Shown here piece by piece: positions 1 to 8,402 of a stretch of DNA of 64,000 bases. The notes under the pieces are model-generated. The model saw only the letters and a list, made by a program, of their open reading frames with translations. It was not told where the DNA came from and made no database searches. The translations under genes and the position numbers were made by a program. The stretch is from Pseudobdellovibrionaceae bacterium. GTDB taxonomy: Bacteria > Bdellovibrionota > FAC87 > UBA2466 > JACKAF01. Each line of letters opens with the position of its first letter. Within the stretch, counting starts at the first letter, position 1. The stretch is taken from contig JACKAF010000003.1 in assembly GCA_020635235.1 (NCBI GenBank), positions 76,051 to 140,050 of the forward strand. Direction: 5' to 3'.

Positions 1-155
1 TGGAGCGCAAGAAAGTCGGACTTTCCAAGTCTTGTTGCATCCACAAACGGAAAAAGCATGGAAAGAAAGTGACGCCGTCGGCCCAGATCAATATTAGAAC
101 AGTACTTCTTAGTCACGTTACGAAAACTGAGAACCGTCGTGGGTTTAGACGACAT
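1..155 (-). CDS. ABC transporter ATP-binding protein, N-terminal fragment (polysaccharide exporter Wzt/TagH/KpsT-like); continues beyond left edge
   Basis: Own translation of the minus strand from ATG at 155 gives MSSKPTTVLSFRNVTKKYCSNIDLGRRRHFLSMLFPFVDATRLGKSDFLAL. This is the usual N-terminus of glycan-exporter ATPases; Walker A would lie off-window. The ATG overlaps the stop of the upstream permease. Confidence 0.6.
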   Translation of the reverse strand, partial: MSSKPTTVLSFRNVTKKYCSNIDLGRRRHFLSMLFPFVDATRLGKSDFLAL

Positions 156-927
156 AATCCAATGCCGCCTTTCTAGATGATCGATAGAAGACAAATCCTA
201 GGGCAAACGCGATCAACGCAAACACTACCGAAGCCAGTACCTCAGGGGCGTGCTGTACAGCCACGGCCGCGGCCCAGTTTCGTGGCGTGTTAATCAAATA
301 CGTGAGCGGATTGTATTGGTTGATTGTATGGAGCAATCCGTCGCTCGGTGTTTGGTATAAAATGGGGGCACTCCACATAAGTGCTTGGCCTAGAAAACCA
401 ACTCCGTAGCGAACGTCCTGATAGATCGTCCCTACACTCATGAAGGGCAAACCTAGGCCGAGGCCCAACATCATGAGCATCGGGAGAAAGAGCAAAGAAA
501 GCAGGAAAGACGGGCGAAACCAAACCCCAAAGGCAATCATCACAATCGCAATTAGCGTCAACTTGACGACAAAGTTGATGAGGATTGCCCAGCACGTCGC
601 AAATATCATCGTCATGTTGCCGATGGGAACCCGCTTCAGGAGTTGACGGGTTTTAAAGGCGACGTCCATGGGAGTGATGACGGCGTCCCAGAAGACCCCC
701 CAGAAGAGAACTCCACAAAGGGCGTGGACTTCATAAGGGAGATGGGAGTCAGGGCTTCCGAAATTAAATTGTTTGCCCACGAAGATTAGAGGTATTGCAG
801 AGGCGAGTGAATTGACAATGTTCCACCCATAGCCGAAAAAAGTCAGCCTGGCCCTGAACTGGAGTTCACGGTAGAAAAGAAACCAGCCTCGATGAAACTC
901 CATCTTGATCCGATCAAGAAAGTTCAA
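145..927 (-). CDS. ABC-2 type transporter permease (Wzm/TagG/KpsM-like polysaccharide exporter)
   Basis: 260-aa ORF with multiple hydrophobic spans. The N-terminal FYRELQFRARLTFFGYGWNIVN pattern is typical of ABC-2 permeases. It is coupled to the ATPase fragment downstream. Confidence 0.75.
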   Translation of the reverse strand: MNFLDRIKMEFHRGWFLFYRELQFRARLTFFGYGWNIVNSLASAIPLIFVGKQFNFGSPDSHLPYEVHALCGVLFWGVFWDAVITPMDVAFKTRQLLKRVPIGNMTMIFATCWAILINFVVKLTLIAIVMIAFGVWFRPSFLLSLLFLPMLMMLGLGLGLPFMSVGTIYQDVRYGVGFLGQALMWSAPILYQTPSDGLLHTINQYNPLTYLINTPRNWAAAVAVQHAPEVLASVVFALIAFALGFVFYRSSRKAALDYVV

Positions 928-946
928 TGTTCTCTGCTCTCTTTAG

Positions 947-1984
947 CTAATGGATTTGGCTTCCAGCGTTTGTCTCACCCAAGATTCTTTTGCCTACTTT
1001 TCGGCGAAGCCTAGTCCAAACAGAAGGCTGCGGTGGTGGCTCCTGAAGGTCATCACGCTGTGTCTCGGGCGTAGTCAGGGAAGGGGTGCCATTGGGCTCC
1101 CAAACGAGCAAGGTTGTTGCGTTCTTCAAAAGAATTGAACAAAAGTGTTTCCGTACGCGCGTCAGTCGAATGCTTCCCTCTAGCTCCATGGATCGCAGGA
1201 TCGGATAAAGATTTAGATTTTGATCGCGTTTTGTTGCAAACGCTCGGTTGAGACTATCGATGTACTCCATTCGGTCCGGTCGCACATTCTCAAGCCATGT
1301 CGCTCCGGGTACTTGGAAACCGACAGGTTCCAAGTGAACGACGCGGATCAATCCCGGTATGCCTTTGATGGCTTCAAAAAGCCTTTCCCCTACGCTAGGT
1401 ATCTGTTCCAAGCTGTGGTGGCTGAAAACCACGGTCGGCTTTGCCTCGGCGAACATAGAAAAATCGGGCCGGTAGTAGTCAAAGGCGTGCGTGAAAAACG
1501 GCATCTTAGGGGCCGCCGACTGGGCGACGCGCTTGGCCAGATTCCGCGCCTCAGGCGTCAGCTCCAGGGCGTGGTATTCCGCATCCAGGGGAGCGCCATA
1601 GAGCCAGAGCTTAAAGAGGTTTTTTCCCCAGCCCGCTCCCAGCTCGACGATGCGTTCGGCTCCGCGGGTTAGCTCCATCAAAGTGCGCATCTTGAGGGCT
1701 TCGATCATGAGTGTGGCGGTCGGCGAATCCACCTCCACGCTACGAATGTGTTGGCGATCCAGGATGAACCCAGTCTTTCTCCGTTCTAAGTCTCGTTCTT
1801 GATTTTTCTTAATGAGAACGGGGTCGCTGAAATCGGCACCGAAGTCGCGCCGCATCATTAAAATGATTCTGTTGAGTTCGGTTTCACCCGCGCCTAAAAG
1901 CCCTTCCGCTTTTTCAGCCGTTTTGGCCCAAAGATGGCCATACTGTGACAAAACCAAGGCTTCTCGTTCAGGAGTTGGATTCAT
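947..1984 (-). CDS. class I SAM-dependent methyltransferase
   Basis: ORF 947..2014 carries SAM motif I-like VELGAGWGKN. The ATG at 1984 (MNPTPERE) is preceded by AAGAGGAA, so I prefer it to the longer ORF start. Confidence 0.6.
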   Translation of the reverse strand: MNPTPEREALVLSQYGHLWAKTAEKAEGLLGAGETELNRIILMMRRDFGADFSDPVLIKKNQERDLERRKTGFILDRQHIRSVEVDSPTATLMIEALKMRTLMELTRGAERIVELGAGWGKNLFKLWLYGAPLDAEYHALELTPEARNLAKRVAQSAAPKMPFFTHAFDYYRPDFSMFAEAKPTVVFSHHSLEQIPSVGERLFEAIKGIPGLIRVVHLEPVGFQVPGATWLENVRPDRMEYIDSLNRAFATKRDQNLNLYPILRSMELEGSIRLTRVRKHFCSILLKNATTLLVWEPNGTPSLTTPETQRDDLQEPPPQPSVWTRLRRKVGKRILGETNAGSQIH

Positions 1985-2013
1985 TGCTAAATTCCTCTTT
2001 AAAAGCAGCCCCA

Positions 2014-2042
2014 ATTAGAGTGCTGAAGGGGGAATACGTCAA
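2014..2042 (-). promoter_or_regulatory. sigma-70-like promoter candidate for the 947..1984 operon
   Basis: Minus strand reads TTGACG, 17 nt, TCTAAT, about 25 nt upstream of the ATG at 1984. Confidence 0.35.
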
Positions 2043-2062
2043 GGGTTCCGCGGGCGAGCGGC

Positions 2063-2090
2063 TTGACAGTTGCGGCCTGCTATAGATACT
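2063..2090 (+). promoter_or_regulatory. sigma-70-like promoter candidate for the plus-strand glycan genes
   Basis: TTGACA (2063-2068), 16 nt, GATACT (2085-2090). It is divergent from the promoter candidate at 2014..2042. Confidence 0.35.
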
Positions 2091-2123
2091 CAGATTTTTG
2101 TCCTTTTTTTAGGGATAGCATAC

Positions 2124-3161
2124 GTGGACGACAAGCGGAGAAGACTACAAGTCAGGCCAAGTTTGAAGTGGGAGACGCTTTCGGGGTGTCCAAACTGCGG
2201 CGGGCGTGCGACGCGTCCCTGGTGCGACGGCTCCGATCGCCTCCACCGAATGGCGGACGAGCGGTTTCACTTCGAGCGCTGTTCAAGTTGCCACGTGTCT
2301 TTCATGTCCCCCCGGCCGGAGGAAGAAAATATTGGCCGTTTTTATCCCGAGGACTACGGTCCCTACGTGCCGTCGGGCGGTGAGCCCAGAAAGGCGGTCC
2401 CCGCTCGGAAAAAGCCCCCCAAATCACCCAGATGGAAACGCGTGGTGTTGGGAGGGGTGCGCCGTCTCAATCGGGCAGCGGACGTGGTTTGGCCAAATCC
2501 TTTGAAAGGCACTCTGGATGAAACTTACGGGGAGGGCAACGGCCGCAGTTTTCTGGATTTTGGTTGCGGCTCAGACGCCTTTTTGAATCTTATGCGCAAG
2601 AAGGGTTGGACTACGACTGGAATGGACGTTTCCAGCACGACGGTCGACTTCGTTGTTAGAAGCGGGCACCGTGGGATCTTGGTAAACAGCGAATGCTGGA
2701 CACAAATCGAGGATGAATCCTTGGATCTGGTTCGAATGAACCATGTCTTGGAGCACCTATATCGGCCAAAGGCGGTCTTGCGCGAGTTGCGCAGAAAGCT
2801 GCGTCGGGGTGGAGTGTTACATATCGCCGTTCCCAATCCCGCCAGCTTCGGGGCCCAGGCCTTCAAATCGGCGTGGTATCCGTTGGAATGCCCTAGGCAC
2901 ATCATATTTTACCCCCCGGGCGCGCTTCGGACGCTGTTGGAATCCGAGGGGTTTGCTGACGTTGAGGTTTTTCAGGAGGCCTTGGGCAAGGATCTGGCGC
3001 GCAGTATTGGCTACTTCCTTCAGGAACGGGGCAAAATGATCCATTGGCACGTAGAGGATTTTCGAAAGAGCCCCTATTTTCAGGAAGCTTTGCACATCCC
3101 TGGTCTTCTTCTGTCCAGCGTGCAGAAGTCGGACCGCATCCACGCCTTTGCGAAAGCCTAA
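2124..3161 (+). CDS. SAM-dependent methyltransferase with N-terminal Cys4 zinc-ribbon
   Basis: ORF 2070..3161 has CPNCGG...CSSCH and SAM motif I LDFGCGSDAF. The TTG at 2070 sits inside the predicted promoter, so GTG 2124 (AGGGA upstream) or TTG 2163 is more likely; the start is uncertain. Confidence 0.6.
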   Translation: MDDKRRRLQVRPSLKWETLSGCPNCGGRATRPWCDGSDRLHRMADERFHFERCSSCHVSFMSPRPEEENIGRFYPEDYGPYVPSGGEPRKAVPARKKPPKSPRWKRVVLGGVRRLNRAADVVWPNPLKGTLDETYGEGNGRSFLDFGCGSDAFLNLMRKKGWTTTGMDVSSTTVDFVVRSGHRGILVNSECWTQIEDESLDLVRMNHVLEHLYRPKAVLRELRRKLRRGGVLHIAVPNPASFGAQAFKSAWYPLECPRHIIFYPPGALRTLLESEGFADVEVFQEALGKDLARSIGYFLQERGKMIHWHVEDFRKSPYFQEALHIPGLLLSSVQKSDRIHAFAKA

Positions 3162-3167
3162 AGGAGA

Positions 3168-4127
3168 ATGGTGAAGCACACAGTTTTCATACACACAAAT
3201 CGTCAACAGCTGGTGGGTGCCAAGGTCGCCACGCACGCCTTAAAGAAATTTTCACCGACTCCGGAGCGATTCGATGTCCGAATTATCTGCTTGGATGATT
3301 TCCCCCACCTGACAAAACGGGAAGGCCAGGAGTACCTGAGAAAAGGGACCACGGTTCGCTGGAACAACCGCGATCTGCAGTCGTTTAGTCCTCTACGGTT
3401 TCTTCCGCCGCAATTGATGAACTACGAGAAAAGAGCGGTGGTGATGGATCCAGACGTGTTCGCTGTCGCCGACATCTGCGAGCTGCTCGAACGCGACATG
3501 GGCGGCAAGAGTGTTCTTTGTCGTTATGTCGACTCCGGGAGGTACGCCACTAAGCGCCCGTTTTGGGCAACCAGCGTGATGTTGTTGGAGTGTTCCCGTT
3601 TAAGGCATTGGAACTGGGATCGACAGATCGATGAGATGTTCGATAAGAAATTCGACTATGGGGATTGGATAAATCTGCGCCTTGAGGATCCGGCGACTCT
3701 CTCTAAACTTGAAGAGTGCTGGAATTCGTTTGATCATCTAAATGGGGAAACCAAACTACTTCACACAACGGAAAGAAGCACGCAGCCGTGGAAAACAGGA
3801 TTACCCGCGGACTTTGACATGAACTACGAGCGGTCGATTCGCATTGCGGGGCGCAATTTTGTTCCGGGTTATTGGTTGCGCAAGCTGGGCGGTTGGACCC
3901 CATTCGGAAATCACTCTCAAAAAGCCTATCTCCCTCATCCGGATCCGAACCAGGAACGGCTCTTCTTCTCGCTTTTGCGTGAATGTTTGGAAAATGGAAC
4001 GGTTGATGAAGCATTTCTCAGGTCTGAAATGAAAAGTAACCATGTCCGCAAAGACGCATTCAGTCTGGTTGACCGTTCATCTAGCTGGAATTTTGGGGCT
4101 TCAGTTTTGGGAGGAATTCATCCATGA
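3168..4127 (+). CDS. GT-A fold glycosyltransferase, GT8-like (module copy 1, gene A)
   Basis: AAGGAG lies upstream of the ATG. It has a DxD-like VVMDPDVFAV and an SFSPLRFLPPQL motif resembling GT8 enzymes. It is a clear paralog of 4985..5908. Confidence 0.5.
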   Translation: MVKHTVFIHTNRQQLVGAKVATHALKKFSPTPERFDVRIICLDDFPHLTKREGQEYLRKGTTVRWNNRDLQSFSPLRFLPPQLMNYEKRAVVMDPDVFAVADICELLERDMGGKSVLCRYVDSGRYATKRPFWATSVMLLECSRLRHWNWDRQIDEMFDKKFDYGDWINLRLEDPATLSKLEECWNSFDHLNGETKLLHTTERSTQPWKTGLPADFDMNYERSIRIAGRNFVPGYWLRKLGGWTPFGNHSQKAYLPHPDPNQERLFFSLLRECLENGTVDEAFLRSEMKSNHVRKDAFSLVDRSSSWNFGASVLGGIHP

Positions 4128-4960
4128 AAAGCGTTGCCGAGCTCAACAATCTGCACCCAGGTGCGGACATTTACGTTATCGGTACCGGAACCAGTTTTAG
4201 AGTCTTTCCCAAAGACTTTTTCGAGGGCAAGATCACTATTGGGCTGAACTTGGCGTGGCAGTTGCTCCCCGTAACCTATGGGCTGACGACGAGACCGGAA
4301 CTCAACATACCGGAGTTTATCGATCAGAAGGCCCCGAATGAAATTGTGTGGGTTACCAAGTATCACAAGCTAATTACGGAAGAACAACGCGAGCATGGGA
4401 AAAAGCATTTCTACTTTTTCAGATCCGACGGTCAAGCGAACACCCAGCCTCCGGGTGAGCCCAGCGATTCGGGAAAAGTACTAGACTGGGTAAGAAAAAG
4501 CACAGAGGACTACCTTTACTTATGGTCTTCTGTCTCGCAGACGGCAGCCAACCTGGCGGCCAATATGGGTGCACGAAACGTCATTCTGGTGGGTTGTGAC
4601 AACGGGGCACTTGTAGGCAACCACCACGCGCAAAATCAACACACCATGTGGAAGGGGGTAAACCCGGACCACCGCTATCGCCAGTACTATGATGGGTTGG
4701 TGGAAGTGAGGCAGGCGCTGCGCAGTCGAGGCGTAAATTTACTGAGCATGACACCGTTTGTCCATTTGCTGGAACCGACGTTGGACTTTCGTTCTTTGTG
4801 CAAGGAACTCAATTGCCCGGAGTGGATTAATAACTCTGACATCTCAAAAGAGGTCGACGAGATCTACAGTTTACGTGAGAAATTCGGACATTTTATTCAG
4901 CAGAAGCAGAAGTCCGCGCGTAGTAAGTTGAAAAGCTATCTATCTAGAGTCTCTTCTTAG
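4124..4960 (+). CDS. DUF115/MptE-like (Maf / sialyltransferase-like) putative glycosyltransferase (module copy 1, gene B)
   Basis: ATGA start/stop overlap with gene A. Motifs IYVIGTGTSF and AANLAANMGARNVILVGCDNG resemble the DUF115 pattern. It is a paralog of 5905..6708. Confidence 0.45.
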   Translation: MKSVAELNNLHPGADIYVIGTGTSFRVFPKDFFEGKITIGLNLAWQLLPVTYGLTTRPELNIPEFIDQKAPNEIVWVTKYHKLITEEQREHGKKHFYFFRSDGQANTQPPGEPSDSGKVLDWVRKSTEDYLYLWSSVSQTAANLAANMGARNVILVGCDNGALVGNHHAQNQHTMWKGVNPDHRYRQYYDGLVEVRQALRSRGVNLLSMTPFVHLLEPTLDFRSLCKELNCPEWINNSDISKEVDEIYSLREKFGHFIQQKQKSARSKLKSYLSRVSS

Positions 4961-4984
4961 AAACCAAGCTTTAGAAAAGACAGT

Positions 4985-5908
4985 GTGAGAAAACCGACCG
5001 TTTACATTCATACGAACGTCAAACAAATGATTGGCGCACGGCTGGCTGCCTATTCGATGAAAACCCGATCGCGGTCGCCAGACAGTTTTGATGTCGACGT
5101 TATTTGTGCGGAACACGTTGAGTTGCTTCAATCGTTTCACGGTCAGTCCTATTTGCGGGAAGGGCGCCGAGTTCGGTGGGACATCCACGACCTACAATCT
5201 TTCACGCCCCTGCGATTTTTGCCGCCACAGCTGAATGGCTATGAGGGGAGAGCGATCATCACGGATCCCGACGTGTTTGCAGTGGGCGATGTGATGGAAC
5301 TCTTGGCGCGGGACATGAAGGGCAAAAGCATTCTCTGCAAAAAGGTACCCGCTTCGGCGTCCGGGCCCGCCTATTTTGCTTCAAGCGTGATGCTTTTGGA
5401 TTGCTCCAAACTCAAGCACTGGCGGTGGGACGAACAGATTTACGAACTCTTCGACGGGAAGTTTGATTACCGTGACTGGGTCTCGTTGCGACTCGAAGAT
5501 CCTCAGACAATTGGGGAGCTGGAAGCCGAGTGGAACGATTTTGACAGACTAACGAGCGAAACGAGGTTGCTTCACAATACGGGGCGTTTCACACAGCCGT
5601 GGAAGACGGGCCTTCCTATAGACTTTGTTTCGGGCTCCCTTCCCAAGGCAAGTGACAGGAAGTGGGGCGTAGTCCCTAGGGGATGGATTTGGAAAGCAAA
5701 GTCCGTGCTGAAGGGCGAAGACTACCTTCCGCCCGACCGCTACCAAAGGCACCCGGATCCTGTGCAGGAGCGTTTTTTTATGCGCCTCCTTCGAGAGGGC
5801 CTTGAGAACGGAGTGGTTACGGAGGAGTTTTTAACTTCTGAGGTGGAACAAAAACACGTGCGGCCGGACATCTTTAAGGTCCTAAGGGACGTGGGGGCTA
5901 CGGCATGA
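4985..5908 (+). CDS. GT-A fold glycosyltransferase, GT8-like (module copy 2, gene A)
   Basis: Collinear with 3168..4127 (TVYIHTN, IITDPDVFAV, SFTPLRFLPPQL, TQPWKTGLP, HPDPVQERFF). About half of the positions look identical by eye. Confidence 0.5.
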   Translation: MRKPTVYIHTNVKQMIGARLAAYSMKTRSRSPDSFDVDVICAEHVELLQSFHGQSYLREGRRVRWDIHDLQSFTPLRFLPPQLNGYEGRAIITDPDVFAVGDVMELLARDMKGKSILCKKVPASASGPAYFASSVMLLDCSKLKHWRWDEQIYELFDGKFDYRDWVSLRLEDPQTIGELEAEWNDFDRLTSETRLLHNTGRFTQPWKTGLPIDFVSGSLPKASDRKWGVVPRGWIWKAKSVLKGEDYLPPDRYQRHPDPVQERFFMRLLREGLENGVVTEEFLTSEVEQKHVRPDIFKVLRDVGATA

Positions 5909-6708
5909 AGCGCGTCTCCGAACTTTATGGGAAGCACCAGGGAGACGCCATCTACGTAGTGGGTAGTGGTGCCAGTCTCCGAGTTTTTCCAGTGGATTTT
6001 TTGCGCGACAAGATCACCATCGGGCTCAACATGGCTTGGAAGTGGGCTCCGGTTCAGTATGGGATCACTATCCATCCCGAGTTGAACATTCCGGAGTTTC
6101 TGGGCGTGCGCCCGGACTCTCCCATTACATGGATCACAGGCCATGAAAAATGCAAAGGCGGACTGACGGCGGAGCAACTGAAGTTTGCTGAGGAAAACTT
6201 CTACTTTTTCAACTACCACGGAAAACTAAACACGCAACCGGCCAATGAACCTAGTGATTCTGGGCGTGTGCTGGAGTGGGTAGAAAAGCCTGCGGGGGAC
6301 AACCTCTATGTATGGTCCTCCATCGCGCAGGCGGGGGTGAATCTCGCGGCCAACATGGGCGCGCGCGAGATACTACTTGTGGGTTGCGACAATGGACCTT
6401 TGGCGAAGAACCACCACGCTGGTGAACAGCACACGCGTTGGAAAGGGGTGTCGCCGGAGCACCGTTACCGGCAATACCGTGTGGGTTTGCAAGAAATTCG
6501 AGACGTACTGGAAAAGCGCGGCATTACAGTGCTGAGCCTGACTCCATTTTTGGGACTGTCTTCGGCGGAAGAGGAATTTGAAGAGGCTTGTGTGAAAAAG
6601 GGTTTACCCCCTGTCGTAAAGAGTTTTGACATTTCTCCTAGACGTGGACTCAGCGGTTTGTGGGCAAAGATTTATTCCAGGATTAGGGGGCCACTTGGAA
6701 CTGATTAG
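5905..6708 (+). CDS. DUF115/MptE-like putative glycosyltransferase (module copy 2, gene B)
   Basis: Same ATGA overlap with its gene A as in copy 1. Collinear with 4124..4960 (IYVVGSGASLRVFP, KITIGLNMAW, HPELNIPEF, NLAANMGAREILLVGCDNG). Confidence 0.45.
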   Translation: MKRVSELYGKHQGDAIYVVGSGASLRVFPVDFLRDKITIGLNMAWKWAPVQYGITIHPELNIPEFLGVRPDSPITWITGHEKCKGGLTAEQLKFAEENFYFFNYHGKLNTQPANEPSDSGRVLEWVEKPAGDNLYVWSSIAQAGVNLAANMGAREILLVGCDNGPLAKNHHAGEQHTRWKGVSPEHRYRQYRVGLQEIRDVLEKRGITVLSLTPFLGLSSAEEEFEEACVKKGLPPVVKSFDISPRRGLSGLWAKIYSRIRGPLGTD

Positions 6709-7354
6709 CGCCGAACGCCCGTACGAATCTCGCAAGCTGAACCCTCAGCGATTGGAAGCGGTGAGAAAACATGGGGGTGAGTCGGTATTGGATGTCGGTT
6801 GTGGAAACGGAACCTACGTTTTCGCGCTGAAAAACGAGAAACAGATCCGTGGGGTGGACTACCGTTTCTATGAGGAATGGAAAACCGCTCCGGAGTTGTT
6901 TGAAGTTGCTGAGGCGGACGCGCTAAAAGAGTACGCAAACGATAGCATTGATACGATCGTTTCCTTTGAGACTCTCGAACATCTCCCTGATCCGGAGAAA
7001 GCTCTTCGAGAATACCATCGGGTGTGCCGCCACAATATCGTTGTAACGGTTCCCAACTGTGCGATCACCCCGGGAATTAAAAAAAGCAATTTGCTCTACT
7101 CCCACTGGAGCGATCCGTCCCATCTAAACTTTTTTACATTGGATTCTTTGAAAGCCCTCATTGAAAGTGCGGGTTTTTCCATAAAAGAAGCGCACTACAT
7201 TAACCGCTTGGACGTGAGGCCCTTCGTATTGGAAGCGTTCAAGCTGCGGGGACCTTTAGCGAAGGTCCTATCGAAGGTCCTGCGACTTCTGCCGTCCGAA
7301 TCTTATTTCATCACCTGCCTCGTTGTGGCGGAAAAGCGAGCCCAAGGTGCTTAA
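6695..7354 (+). CDS. class I SAM-dependent methyltransferase
   Basis: ORF 6626..7354 carries motif I VLDVGCGNGTY. The in-frame TTG at 6695 is preceded by AGGGGG, which avoids an 83-nt overlap with the previous gene. Confidence 0.65.
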   Translation: MELISAERPYESRKLNPQRLEAVRKHGGESVLDVGCGNGTYVFALKNEKQIRGVDYRFYEEWKTAPELFEVAEADALKEYANDSIDTIVSFETLEHLPDPEKALREYHRVCRHNIVVTVPNCAITPGIKKSNLLYSHWSDPSHLNFFTLDSLKALIESAGFSIKEAHYINRLDVRPFVLEAFKLRGPLAKVLSKVLRLLPSESYFITCLVVAEKRAQGA

Positions 7355-8402
7355 CTTGACGAAAAGAATCTTGGGAGCGCCCATTAAGCGGGTGCGCCCC
7401 GAGTTTGCCTACTTGCCGGCGCGAGCGATCAGTCGACTATACGGATCGGAACCCTCTGGGGTTCCCGTAGCTTTTGTGGTTCCTGAGGGTTCGCAGGGCT
7501 GGATTCTTGAAGGGATTTGCAGAGAAATTGCCCGCTACATGCCCGCGAGTAGTTATGTCTTTCATGACTCTCTTCGAAGGCTTCCGGATGCACAAAGTTA
7601 CTACGTGGCCCACTATGCACTTGTGCCCGAACTTCTGAAACTTAACCCGCGGGCCTGGAACCGGAGGATCTACACTTGGTTTACCCATCCGGACAAACGC
7701 TTGTGCCAAAGAGAAATGGTTTATTCGCTCAACTGTACAGAGAAAGTCTTCTGTACGAATACCGTGTTTGCACACCAGCTCAAACTTTCTGGAGTTGCGG
7801 AAGAAAAAATTGAAGTGGTTTTGGGCGGTGCCGATCCCGCGCGTTTCCGCCGGCATGAAAGAGGCTCCGGGCTCATCGGCCTCTGTACTGCCTATTACGA
7901 TCGCAAGCGCCCCGATCTCATGCTGCGCTTGATTCAGTCGATGCCACAGCAGCCATTTCTGCTGCTAGGAAAAGGCTGGCAGGAGTGGCCGGGCTTCCCG
8001 CACCTACTCGCGTTGCCGAATTTCAAATATGCCGAGGCCCAGTACGAAGATTACCCCAGTTACTACGATCAGATGGACGTTTTCCTAAGTGTGTCGGCGC
8101 TGGAGGGCGGGCCGATTCCGATGTTGGAAGCCATGATGAGCAACGTGGTCCCCGTCGTCAGCCGCACCGGATTTGCCCACGACATCATTAAACAAGGACG
8201 CAACGGCTTCATCTTTGATATAGAAGCGCCGCCTGAGGAAATCGCTTCTTTTATCAACCAGGCCTTGCAGCTCAAAGCGGACATCCGGTCCACGGTGATG
8301 CGCTACAGCTGGGAGGCTTTTTCCGCACAAATTCAACGGGCTCTGCACGTATTGCCCGAGCGTGTAGGCGCCCCTTCGGCTCCTCTTCCTCAAGGGATAT
8401 AG
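7323..8402 (+). CDS. GT-B fold glycosyltransferase (GT4/group 1-like)
   Basis: C-terminal EGGPIPMLEAMMSNVVPVVSRTGFAHDIIKQGRNGFIF matches the E-x7-E region of GT4 enzymes. The start is uncertain (7323, 7347 or 7356). Confidence 0.7.
   Translation: MWRKSEPKVLNLTKRILGAPIKRVRPEFAYLPARAISRLYGSEPSGVPVAFVVPEGSQGWILEGICREIARYMPASSYVFHDSLRRLPDAQSYYVAHYALVPELLKLNPRAWNRRIYTWFTHPDKRLCQREMVYSLNCTEKVFCTNTVFAHQLKLSGVAEEKIEVVLGGADPARFRRHERGSGLIGLCTAYYDRKRPDLMLRLIQSMPQQPFLLLGKGWQEWPGFPHLLALPNFKYAEAQYEDYPSYYDQMDVFLSVSALEGGPIPMLEAMMSNVVPVVSRTGFAHDIIKQGRNGFIFDIEAPPEEIASFINQALQLKADIRSTVMRYSWEAFSAQIQRALHVLPERVGAPSAPLPQGI

Noticed and set aside
2070-2123. The TTG at 2070 as start of the zinc-ribbon methyltransferase; also the ORF-track starts at 13061, 24587, 28118, 29056, 42912, 45813, 52956 and 57006.
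   Set aside because: These are maximal ORF extensions. Downstream starts have SD sequences, signal peptides or start/stop coupling, while the extensions overlap upstream genes or promoters.
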